Below are positions 17,795 to 25,536 of a stretch of DNA of 51,757 nt, in pieces. Below the pieces are notes generated by a model. It was not told the DNA's origin. It made no database searches and saw only the letters and a list, made by a program, of their open reading frames with translations. Numbering within the stretch: position 1 is the first letter of the stretch; each line of letters starts with the position of its first letter. The DNA comes from an uncultured Bacilli bacterium (GTDB taxonomy: Bacteria; Bacillota_I; Bacilli_A; RFN20; DUOF01), in the NCBI GenBank assembly GCA_934101685.1, contig CAKORZ010000001.1, positions 1-51,757 on the forward strand. The letters are read 5' to 3'. Both the position numbers and the translations under genes were made by a program.

Positions 17795-17899
17795 AAAATC
17801 TCCTCCTTTATAATATCTATAGAAAGAAATTTTTATTTTTAATGAATTATTTTATTTTTTTATGAAAAAACTTAAAATAAATGAGAGGTTGATAAATAT

Positions 17900-18454
17900 A
17901 TGAAACAATATTTAAAATTATTTTGGACTTTCTTTAAAATTGGGTTATTTACTTTTGGTGGTGGATATGCCATGATTTCTTTAATACATAAAGAGTGTGT
18001 TGAAAAAAATAATTGGGTTGATAGTAATGATATGAATAATATAATTGCTGTTGCAGAATCTACTCCTGGACCTATTTCAATAAACGCTTCTACCTTTATT
18101 GGATATAAAACAGGAAAATTTTTAGGAGCTTTATTTGCTACTTTAGGAGTAATAACGCCTTCTTTAATCATCATAATTTTAGTTTCTATATTTATTAATT
18201 ATTTTCAAAATGCTTTAATAATTAAATATGCATTTGAAGGAATAAGAGCAGCTATTATAATACTTATGATTGAAGCTATCTTTAAATTATCTAAATCATT
18301 AAATAAAAATGCCCTATTTTATTCCTTGTTGCTTACTTCTTTTATTTTAAATTTTTTCTTTAAAGTAAACGCTATTTTAATAATTATAATTGGTATTGTT
18401 ATAGGTATCTTAAGAGAACTTTTATTTAGTAAGAAGGTGACTACAAATGCTTAG
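17900..18454 (+). CDS. Chromate transporter (CHR) family protein, short single-domain form, first of a pair
   Basis: FFKIGLFTFGGGYAMISLI and AESTPGPISINASTFIGY motifs. About 5-6 TM segments. Confidence 0.85.
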   Translation: MKQYLKLFWTFFKIGLFTFGGGYAMISLIHKECVEKNNWVDSNDMNNIIAVAESTPGPISINASTFIGYKTGKFLGALFATLGVITPSLIIIILVSIFINYFQNALIIKYAFEGIRAAIIILMIEAIFKLSKSLNKNALFYSLLLTSFILNFFFKVNAILIIIIGIVIGILRELLFSKKVTTNA

Positions 18455-19034
18455 TTTATTAAAATTATTTATTACCTTCTTTAAAATTGGTTTATTCACT
18501 TTTGGTGGTGGATATGCCATGATTCCAATGATTTTAGAAGAAACAACCAAATTTGAATGTGTTAACGCAGATGAAGTCATTGATTTTATAGCTATTAGTG
18601 AATCTACTCCAGGACCTTTTGCAGTCAATATAGCTACATTTGTTGGTTATGAAGAGTGTGGAATATTAGGATCTATATTTGCTACTCTAGGAGTAGTGCT
18701 TCCTTCCTTCATAATAATATTATTGCTTGCTAATATAATTGAAAAAACTAAAAATAATAGATTTTTTAAGAGTGTGATTAATACTGTAATGCCTTTAATA
18801 ATAGGTCTTATATTAGCAACTACTCTTAATATATCTTTAAGTAGTCTTTTTAATATAAGCTCTATTAACAATATAAAAAATGAGTTTAGTTTAAATTTAA
18901 CTACACTCATTTCCTTAGTATTAATTATTGTAATTATTATAATTTTATATTTATTTAAAAAGAAAAAACTAGCACCAATATACATAATTGTAATTTGCGC
19001 TAGTTTAGGAATTTCTATCTCATACCTACTTTAG
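18447..19034 (+). CDS. Chromate transporter (CHR) family protein, short single-domain form, second of a pair
   Basis: FFKIGLFTFGGGYAMIPMI and SESTPGPFAVNIATFVGY motifs. AAGGTGA RBS. It overlaps the first gene by 8 nt. Confidence 0.85.
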   Translation: MLSLLKLFITFFKIGLFTFGGGYAMIPMILEETTKFECVNADEVIDFIAISESTPGPFAVNIATFVGYEECGILGSIFATLGVVLPSFIIILLLANIIEKTKNNRFFKSVINTVMPLIIGLILATTLNISLSSLFNISSINNIKNEFSLNLTTLISLVLIIVIIIILYLFKKKKLAPIYIIVICASLGISISYLL

Positions 19035-19338
19035 TTTTTCCTCTTATTTCCATTTCATCAACAACATAGTTATCTAATTCTTTAATTGCATTAAAGTCTT
19101 TTAACACAACTCTAGAAACCCCTAATGGCTGTTTCAACTCTTTTGTTGCTGTTTTAAAGAAATTAAAATAATATTCTAAAGGAGTATCACCCATATTTTC
19201 TTCAAATTTGTCAGTTAGTTTAATTGAGTCAAGTACAGCAACTGAATTATCAATTGAATAACACATTTTCCCTAACATTTCTCCATTTTCCTTTACAATA
19301 ATTTCTTTTGTTTCTTCATAAATTTCATACTCTAACAT
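19015..19338 (-). CDS. Hypothetical small protein
   Basis: 107-aa ORF (MLEYEIYEETKEIIVKENGEMLGK...) with AGGTGA 5 nt upstream of the ATG at 19338. Its 3' end overlaps the convergent CHR gene by 20 nt. No motif recognised. Confidence 0.5.
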   Translation of the reverse strand: MLEYEIYEETKEIIVKENGEMLGKMCYSIDNSVAVLDSIKLTDKFEENMGDTPLEYYFNFFKTATKELKQPLGVSRVVLKDFNAIKELDNYVVDEMEIRGKTKVGMR

Positions 19339-19408
19339 CTTTATCACCTACTAGTATTGTATCATATTAATTTTAGTTTACAAGATTTTTTTTGTTAGCG
19401 CTATAAAA

Positions 19409-19909
19409 TTATTTTTTCTTAAGAGATAATGTTGAAAAAAGCGAAGCTATACTTATTAATAATGATATTAGGTATACAATCGTATAAACACTCAAATTAC
19501 GAATAGTAATATATGATGTTTTACTACTAAAATTAGTTAACATAAGAATTATCATTGACGAAACTAATAATATACTCCCTATTTTACAAAATAAATTTTT
19601 CTTAAGAATTAAGCCTATAATTAATGTTATTAAAGATAAAATACATAAAATAAAACTAATCCATACAATTACATAAGAAAATTTAAGTAAACTCTGTATT
19701 TCACTTACTTTATAATCTAGCAAAAATAAATTCTTATTAAAAAGGAAATTATATAAAGAAACACCTTCACTAGTAGATACAACTGTATCTCTATATGATG
19801 ACGTAACATTATATTTAAAAACTTTTAGGGACATTAAAGCCAAACATATAACCGAACATAACAAAGAAATTATCTTTTTATATAAATCATCTTTTACGCT
19901 AATTTTCAT
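19409..19909 (-). CDS. Hypothetical integral membrane protein (about 4 TM)
   Basis: 166-aa ORF with an AGGAGG RBS and four clear hydrophobic segments. Confidence 0.6.
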   Translation of the reverse strand: MKISVKDDLYKKIISLLCSVICLALMSLKVFKYNVTSSYRDTVVSTSEGVSLYNFLFNKNLFLLDYKVSEIQSLLKFSYVIVWISFILCILSLITLIIGLILKKNLFCKIGSILLVSSMIILMLTNFSSKTSYITIRNLSVYTIVYLISLLISIASLFSTLSLKKK

Positions 19910-19958
19910 TCCAAGATTCCTCCTAAAATAATATTAACATAATAAAAATTTTTAATCA

Positions 19959-20357
19959 TTAAATCTTATCAACATAATCACTAACAAGTTTAACTAATTC
20001 TTTACACATTTCAAATTTAGTATTTTCAATTCCTGTACCATTATTAATCCATTGCTTATTTTGCATTAAAGTATTAACAAATTTCCAAAACACTTTAATT
20101 TCAATCTCATCATCTGTAGTAACATAATCTGTATCTATATATTCTAAAAGATTTATATCCAAAGCTGCTAAAACTTGACCAAACTTTCCCATAGTAAAAT
20201 CAACTGTGCCTTTTTCCCATGACCATAAAGTACCAGGTTTCATATTCATCTTTCTAGCAAGTTCATTTTGTTTATATCCTTTTTCTTTACGCAAAAATAC
20301 TAAACATTCTCCTCTATAATTAGCATCTTTAAATAACTTATTAATATCAATTTTCAT
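19959..20357 (-). CDS. XRE-family helix-turn-helix transcriptional regulator
   Basis: LRKEKGYKQNELARKMNMKPGTLWSWEKG is a classic Cro/C1-type HTH. It has a C-terminal domain of about 60 aa of unknown type. GAAGGAA RBS. Confidence 0.8.
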   Translation of the reverse strand: MKIDINKLFKDANYRGECLVFLRKEKGYKQNELARKMNMKPGTLWSWEKGTVDFTMGKFGQVLAALDINLLEYIDTDYVTTDDEIEIKVFWKFVNTLMQNKQWINNGTGIENTKFEMCKELVKLVSDYVDKI

Positions 20358-20504
20358 ATCATATCAATTCCTTCATTTTAATTATAATAATTTGCAGTTA
20401 ACTATCGAATTTAAAATAGACTCAAATCTATTATAAAAAGAACTTGTTTTCAAAGTTATTTTGTTAACAATAGATTATAATTTCTTTTAAAATGAATTAT
20501 CAAT

Positions 20505-20528
20505 TAAAAAAAGGGCTAAAAAGCCCTT
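20505..20528 (-). terminator. Rho-independent terminator downstream of the CotD-like gene
   Basis: Minus-strand hairpin aagggct-tttt-agccctt followed by a T-run (the A-run 20505-20512 on the + strand). Confidence 0.7.
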
Positions 20529-20551
20529 GAAAGTTGAATTTTAAATATAAA

Positions 20552-20839
20552 TTACATACCAAAATTAGTATTATTCATATTTGTATTTTGTCCAATGTTG
20601 CTAGGTATTCCTTGAGCAGCTTGTCCAGGGCATACTGTTTCTTCACTTGTTGAACTAGTAGAATAATAACGAGGTACTGCTACATATCTATTAATTCTGT
20701 GAACATGAGTTGGGCATATAACTGGTTGTTCAATAGGGAAACATCTAGTAATAGTGCATGTTCTGCAAGGCATAACGATTGGATCTAGTGGTGGACATCC
20801 TCCTTGGCATCCACAACCTGTATTCATATTTTGATTCAT
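20552..20839 (-). CDS. CotD-family spore coat protein-like, Cys/Pro-rich
   Basis: MNQNMNTGCGCQGGCPPLDPIVMPCRTCTITRCFPIEQPVICPTHVHRINRYVAVPRYY resembles CotD-type inner coat proteins (repeated P..v.P.H...vn...v.P.yy pattern). AGGAGG RBS upstream of the ATG at 20839. The track start at 20899 lies upstream of that RBS. Confidence 0.65.
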   Translation of the reverse strand: MNQNMNTGCGCQGGCPPLDPIVMPCRTCTITRCFPIEQPVICPTHVHRINRYVAVPRYYSTSSTSEETVCPGQAAQGIPSNIGQNTNMNNTNFGM

Positions 20840-20864
20840 GGGATAATCCCTCCTTCTTTCACTA

Positions 20865-20892
20865 TAATGTATGTATAAAATTAACTTTGGTG
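20865..20892 (-). promoter_or_regulatory. Mother-cell-type (sigma-K/sigma-E-like) promoter candidate for the CotD-like gene
   Basis: Minus strand reads cACc-16 nt-CATACATTA. This matches the commonly cited sigma-K consensus AC-16/17 nt-CATANNNTA. The -10 also fits sigma-E CATACAnT. Confidence 0.45.
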
Positions 20893-20955
20893 TGGTCATT
20901 TAACTATATAAAGAATTTTTTTATTTATTAATGTATATAATTTAATGGTGAAAGT

Positions 20956-21894
20956 ATGAAAAAAACTAAATTACTAATAATGTTTTTATTTGTAATCTTT
21001 ATATTTTATTCATTGCTAAATATAAAAGAAACAAATAATTCAACAATGAATATATTAATAACCTTTTCTAAAACAATATTACCTGCGTTATTGCCTTTTT
21101 TAATATTAAATCAACTCATAATAAAGCTTGGCATTATCGATCTATTTTCATATTTTTTACAATTTATTAGTTATCCTTTATTTAAAATAAGTGGTAAAGG
21201 AGCAAGCATCATAATTATAGGAATACTTAATGGATTTCCTAGCAGTGCTATCTTTACTTCCTTATTATTAAAAGAAAATCAAATTGAAAAAGAGGAAGCG
21301 CAAAGGCTAGTTAACTCTATATTTTTTCCTTCACTCAGTTTTATATTTGTAATAGTAGCTTCTTATTTAAATAGTAAATTATTAACTCTACTAGCTATAA
21401 GTATCTATTTAAGTGGATTTATTATTTTATATATATCTTCATTTAAAGTAAAAAATGAAAGTAATTATATATCTTTTAAACAAACTAAAATAAACATAAA
21501 AAACAAGTTAAAAGAATTTGTATTAATAAAAGAAATAAAAAACTCTATTTCTTATTCCTTTAATACATTAATGAATATTTTAGGTATCTTAATATTATTT
21601 TCTATTCCTTGCAATATAATATCTAATTTAATAAAAAGTGATTACTCATACTTTTTCCAAGGATTACTAGAATTCTCTATGCCTACAATAGCTTTATTAA
21701 ACTCAACTATTTCTCTAAAAAATATAGTTTTACTAATATGCATCTTACTATCTTTTTCTGGATTATCTTCTATTTTACAAGCTACATTATTTATTAGTGA
21801 AGTAAACTTAAATACAAAAAAATTCATAACTAATAGAATTATGAATTGTCTTTTATCTTTCTCTATATTATATCTATTTCTTTTCTTTCTTTGA
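20956..21894 (+). CDS. ylbJ: Sporulation integral membrane protein YlbJ-like (nucleoside-recognition/Gate-domain type)
   Basis: ILPALLPFLILNQLIIKLG..., ...FKISGKGASIIIIGILNGFPSSA..., and EEAQRLVNSIFFPSLSF follow the YlbJ pattern. It is polytopic and lies next to ylbF/E/D-like genes. Confidence 0.62.
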   Translation: MKKTKLLIMFLFVIFIFYSLLNIKETNNSTMNILITFSKTILPALLPFLILNQLIIKLGIIDLFSYFLQFISYPLFKISGKGASIIIIGILNGFPSSAIFTSLLLKENQIEKEEAQRLVNSIFFPSLSFIFVIVASYLNSKLLTLLAISIYLSGFIILYISSFKVKNESNYISFKQTKINIKNKLKEFVLIKEIKNSISYSFNTLMNILGILILFSIPCNIISNLIKSDYSYFFQGLLEFSMPTIALLNSTISLKNIVLLICILLSFSGLSSILQATLFISEVNLNTKKFITNRIMNCLLSFSILYLFLFFL

Positions 21895-22228
21895 TTATGT
21901 CTTTAAACATAATTCTCTCTATATTTTTTAATTCCTTCTTCATTAATTTATAAGATTCATTATATTTTTTAACTAGTTCATTTTCATCAACTTTATATTT
22001 AATTTCAAATAGTCTTTTTTGTACACTTTCTACATCAGATCCATACTTTTCAAATCTTTTAGCTTCATTATATTCATTTTGAACATTTTGATATAAATAT
22101 AAAAGCTTAAAGCATTCTTCATCTTCAATCATTGCTTTTTCATTATTTTTCAAATTTTTGTATAACTCGCTATTTTCTATTTTTTCTTTTAATTCATAGG
22201 CAAGTGCTAATATTTCTGTATTTTCCAT
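21863..22228 (-). CDS. ylbF: YlbF/YmcA-family regulatory protein (Com_YlbF fold)
   Basis: A 121-aa helical protein. ILALAYELKEKIENSELYKNLKNNEKAM...FEKYG...VQKRLFEIK matches the YlbF/YmcA/YheA family layout. GGTGA RBS. Confidence 0.7.
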   Translation of the reverse strand: MENTEILALAYELKEKIENSELYKNLKNNEKAMIEDEECFKLLYLYQNVQNEYNEAKRFEKYGSDVESVQKRLFEIKYKVDENELVKKYNESYKLMKKELKNIERIMFKDIIKERKEIDII

Positions 22229-22275
22229 ATAATTTCACCAAAAAAATTATACATAAATTACTAAATTATAACAAG

Positions 22276-22491
22276 TTATTCTTCCATCATTGCTTGAACA
22301 ATTGTAAGTAAATTTGATGTATCCTCAACCTTATCAATAAATCTTTTTCTTCTAGTTATTTTATAATCTTCTAAGAACTCTTTTATATTTTCACTATGAA
22401 CACTTAAAATTCGATGCCAATAAGGTTTTTCCCTTAAAAATTTCCAATAATCAGGGTCTTTATCTAAAATAGCAACTATATTACTTCTCAT
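22276..22491 (-). CDS. YlbE-like small protein
   Basis: 71 aa. DPDYWKFLREKPYWHRIL resembles the YlbE-like family signature (...W.rfLR..P.WYr.L). TAATG start/stop overlap with the upstream gene. Confidence 0.55.
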   Translation of the reverse strand: MRSNIVAILDKDPDYWKFLREKPYWHRILSVHSENIKEFLEDYKITRRKRFIDKVEDTSNLLTIVQAMMEE

Positions 22492-22841
22492 TAATCATCA
22501 TACCTCCTTGGTGAATGACTGGTAGTTCTCCTACTAACCTTTGGATCTTCTTTTTTAGTAAATTCTCCTAGTACACCTAATATTTTTTTCATTCCTTCCA
22601 AATTTTCACTAATCTTATCCAAATTAACTCCTTCTAACATCTTTAATATACTATTTTCACTATTAGTTTTATTAGTAGAACTTGTTTCTCTAACACTGTC
22701 ATTTTTAAAAACATCAGCATCTTTACCAAATAAATCATAAGTCTCATATAAGCTTTGCCAAGTTGTCTCTTTCTTATCAACTTTTTCCTGTAAAAAAGGT
22801 TTATCCTTCACAAATTCTTTAAATTCATCTAATTTATTCAT
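22491..22841 (-). CDS. YlbD-like putative coat protein
   Basis: LDEFKEFVKDKPFLQEKVDKKETTWQSLYETYDLFGKDADVFK resembles the YlbD-like N-terminal block (veeFk.fvkk.P.l..evr.g..tWQ.lYE.w.llGe). GGTGA RBS. Confidence 0.55.
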   Translation of the reverse strand: MNKLDEFKEFVKDKPFLQEKVDKKETTWQSLYETYDLFGKDADVFKNDSVRETSSTNKTNSENSILKMLEGVNLDKISENLEGMKKILGVLGEFTKKEDPKVSRRTTSHSPRRYDD

Positions 22842-22971
22842 AAATATATCACCACTAAATTATATGCACTAAACTTTTACCTAGTGCATATTTTGTAAAA
22901 TACACATAATAAATAATATTTGCTAAAATCAAAAAACAGTTATATAATTATTAACGAAAAGAGGTTGTTAT

Positions 22972-23520
22972 ATGAAATTAATTAAAGAAAAAGATGATAA
23001 AAAAGTATATACAGTTGAAAAAAATGGATTAACTTATATATTCACAGTGCATGATTTAGGAGAATATGTGCACAACAATTCAGAAAAATTATATGATGAA
23101 TATTCAAAATATTGGATGCTTACACAAATTATTGCATTAAATAATAAAAATGAAAAAGTCTATGAAGCAAAATGCTTAGTAGGAGAAAATGGGAATTATG
23201 CTGATTTAAGATTAAAAAGAAACAACATAATAAGAAGCATTTCTATGGATGATACTACAAATACTATTATCTCAGATTCTGTAGCATATAAAGGTGGTAT
23301 TTACTATTCTGAAAAAGTTGCTCAAAATCCATATACTATAGAAGGATTAGATAATAAATATTTTGAAGAAAAAATAAATTTTGTTAACCTACTAGATAGC
23401 AGCAAACTTCCTGTAGATAACTATCCAGGTCATGAAGACATATTATACTTTTTAGCAGCAAATAGTTTATTTCAAAATGAATTAAATGATAAAAAGATGT
23501 CAAAAAAGATAAAAAAATAG
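22972..23520 (+). CDS. Hypothetical protein
   Basis: 182-aa ORF with a GAGG RBS and a clean terminator. No motif recognised. Confidence 0.6.
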   Translation: MKLIKEKDDKKVYTVEKNGLTYIFTVHDLGEYVHNNSEKLYDEYSKYWMLTQIIALNNKNEKVYEAKCLVGENGNYADLRLKRNNIIRSISMDDTTNTIISDSVAYKGGIYYSEKVAQNPYTIEGLDNKYFEEKINFVNLLDSSKLPVDNYPGHEDILYFLAANSLFQNELNDKKMSKKIKK

Positions 23521-23542
23521 TTTATAAAATCATATAATATTT

Positions 23543-23567
23543 GCCTCTAATAATAGAGGCTTTTTTA
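23543..23567 (+). terminator. Rho-independent terminator
   Basis: gcctcta-ataa-tagaggc followed by ttttttatt. Confidence 0.75.
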
Positions 23568-23606
23568 TTTATATCTTTTATTTATAATAAAAGTTAATAC
23601 TATGGC

Positions 23607-23635
23607 TTGAAACATAATTTGTTATATGATACAAT
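23607..23635 (+). promoter_or_regulatory. Sigma-A promoter of the rpsB-tsf operon (TTGAAA-17 nt-TACAAT with an extended -10 TG)
   Basis: -35 TTGAAA at 23607-23612, an exact 17-nt spacer, TG at 23627-23628, and -10 TACAAT at 23630-23635. Confidence 0.7.
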
Positions 23636-23665
23636 ACTCAAGGTTTATTAAAAACCAAATACACA

Positions 23666-23737
23666 CATTAAGAGTAGTTTTCTCTAGTGCTTCTAGGCAA
23701 TGGTGCTGGATTAGAAGTGGGAAAATGTTACTTAATG
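23666..23737 (+). promoter_or_regulatory. Structured 5' leader of rpsB (long imperfect hairpin; candidate S2 autoregulatory element)
   Basis: Hand-folded into three stacked helices. cattaag (23666-72) pairs with cttaatg (23731-37). guuuucuc (23677-84) pairs with gggaaaau (23719-26). gcuucu (23689-94) pairs with agaagu (23713-18). The apical loop is 18 nt. Confidence 0.4.
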
Positions 23738-23769
23738 GAGGCAAAACAAAAGAAGGAGGACTTTACTAA

Positions 23770-24594
23770 ATGAGTGAAGAAAGTATGCCAGTAGTACAAA
23801 CTGAAACTGCTCCAGTTATTACTACAAGAAAATTATTAGAAGCAGGAGTTCATTTTGGACATCAAACAAGACGTTGGAATCCTAAAATGAAAAAATATAT
23901 CTATACTGCAAGAAATGGTATTTATATTATCGATCTAGAAAAATCTGCAGTTAAGATTGAAGAAGCTTACAATGCTTTAAAGAAAATCGTTGAAGATGGT
24001 GGAAAAGTATTATTCGTTGGTACTAAAAGAACATCTCAAGAAATAATTAGAGAAGAAGCTTTAAGAAGTGGTTCTTTCTATGTAACTAATAGATGGTTAG
24101 GTGGAACAATGACTAACTTCAAAACACTTCAAAAGAGTATTAAAAGATTAAAAGACATTGAAAAGATGGAAGAAGATGGAACATTTGAAGTATTACCTAA
24201 ACTTGAAGTTTTAAATTTAAGAAGAGAAGCTGAAAAGTTAGAAAAGAACTTAGGTGGTATTAAAGAAATGAGAAAAGTTCCTAACGCTATCTTTGTTGTA
24301 GATCCTCGTGTTGAACACAACGCTGTATTAGAAGCAAGAAAATTAAATATTCCTGTATTCGGTATTGTTGATACAAACAGTGATCCAGATGATGTTGATT
24401 ATATAATTCCTGGTAACGATGATGCTACTAAAGCTGTTAAATTATTAGTTACAGTTATGGCTGATGCAGTAGTAGAAGCTAAAGGTGGACAACCAGTTGT
24501 AGCTTATACTCCAGATGCTGAAGGCGAAGTTACTATGAATGATGCATTAAAAGAAGAAGAAAAAACTGAAAAGAACGAAAAAGTGGAGGGTTAA
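23770..24594 (+). CDS. rpsB: 30S ribosomal protein S2
   Basis: [33 protein letters not shown], and [27 protein letters not shown]. Confidence 0.98.
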   Translation: MSEESMPVVQTETAPVITTRKLLEAGVHFGHQTRRWNPKMKKYIYTARNGIYIIDLEKSAVKIEEAYNALKKIVEDGGKVLFVGTKRTSQEIIREEALRSGSFYVTNRWLGGTMTNFKTLQKSIKRLKDIEKMEEDGTFEVLPKLEVLNLRREAEKLEKNLGGIKEMRKVPNAIFVVDPRVEHNAVLEARKLNIPVFGIVDTNSDPDDVDYIIPGNDDATKAVKLLVTVMADAVVEAKGGQPVVAYTPDAEGEVTMNDALKEEEKTEKNEKVEG

Positions 24595-24599
24595 TTTAA

Positions 24600-25484
24600 A
24601 TGATAACTACTGAATTAATTAAAAACTTACGTGAACGTACTGGTGCTGGAATGCTTGATTGCAAAAAAGCATTAGTTGAATGCAATGGTGATATCGATAG
24701 TGCAACTGACTGGTTAAGAGAAAAAGGTATTGCTAAAGCTGCTAAAAAGGCAGATAGAATTGCTGCTGAAGGATTAACAACAATTGCTGTTGATGGAAAT
24801 TATGCATTAATTTGTGAAATTAACTCAGAAACAGATTTCGTTGCTAAAAATGAAAAATTTATTAACTTTGTAAATGATGTTGCAGCTGCTGCTTTAAAAG
24901 CAAGAGCTACTACATTAGAAGAAGCTTTAAATGCTCCATTAAATGGTGCTACAGTAAATGATGCAATCGTATCAAATACTGCAACAATTGGTGAAAAGCT
25001 TTCTTTAAGAAGAGTTGACTTAGTTAAGAAAACTGATAATGATGTTTTTGGTAGTTATTTACACATGGGTGGTAAAATTGGCGCATTATGTGTTTTAGCT
25101 AACACAGATAAAGCTGATGTTGCTAAAGATGTTGCTATGCACATTGCTGCTTCTAGTCCTTTATACACTAACACTACAGATATCCCTGCTAGTGAAGTTG
25201 AAAAAGAATTACATATTCAAACAGAAGCTGCTAAAAATGACGAAAAATTAAAAGGAAAACCTGAAGCTGCTTTAACAAAGATCCTAGAAGGAAAAATTAA
25301 TAAATGGAAAGCTGAAATCAGCTTAGTAGAACAACCATTCGTTAAAGATCCTAGTATGAGTGTTGGAAAATATGTTGGTCAATATGGTGCAACAGTTAAA
25401 ACATTTGTAAGATACGCAGTTGGTGAAGGATTACAAAAAAGAGAAGATAACTTTGCTGAAGAAGTTATGAACCAAGTTAAATAA
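24600..25484 (+). CDS. tsf: Translation elongation factor Ts
   Basis: LRERTGAGMLDCKKALVECNGDIDSATDWLREKGIAKAAKKADRIAAEG, with the typical length and position after rpsB. Confidence 0.98.
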   Translation: MITTELIKNLRERTGAGMLDCKKALVECNGDIDSATDWLREKGIAKAAKKADRIAAEGLTTIAVDGNYALICEINSETDFVAKNEKFINFVNDVAAAALKARATTLEEALNAPLNGATVNDAIVSNTATIGEKLSLRRVDLVKKTDNDVFGSYLHMGGKIGALCVLANTDKADVAKDVAMHIAASSPLYTNTTDIPASEVEKELHIQTEAAKNDEKLKGKPEAALTKILEGKINKWKAEISLVEQPFVKDPSMSVGKYVGQYGATVKTFVRYAVGEGLQKREDNFAEEVMNQVK

Positions 25485-25490
25485 TTAAAT

Positions 25491-25520
25491 AGATGCTCAT
25501 TTATTTGAGCGTCTTTTTTT
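25491..25520 (+). terminator. Rho-independent terminator/attenuator between tsf and pyrH
   Basis: agatgctca-loop-tgagcgtct (one G-U pair) followed by ttttttt. Confidence 0.7.
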
Positions 25521-25536
25521 AATAGGAGGAAATCTT

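Noticed and set aside
17872-18628. Two antisense ORFs (17872..18174 and 18422..18628) share a striking motif, IMAYPPPKVN.PILKKV, which could look like a conserved small-protein family.
   Set aside because: The shared motif is simply the reverse-complement reading of the duplicated FFKIGLFTFGGGYAMI coding block of the two CHR genes. It does not indicate independent coding.
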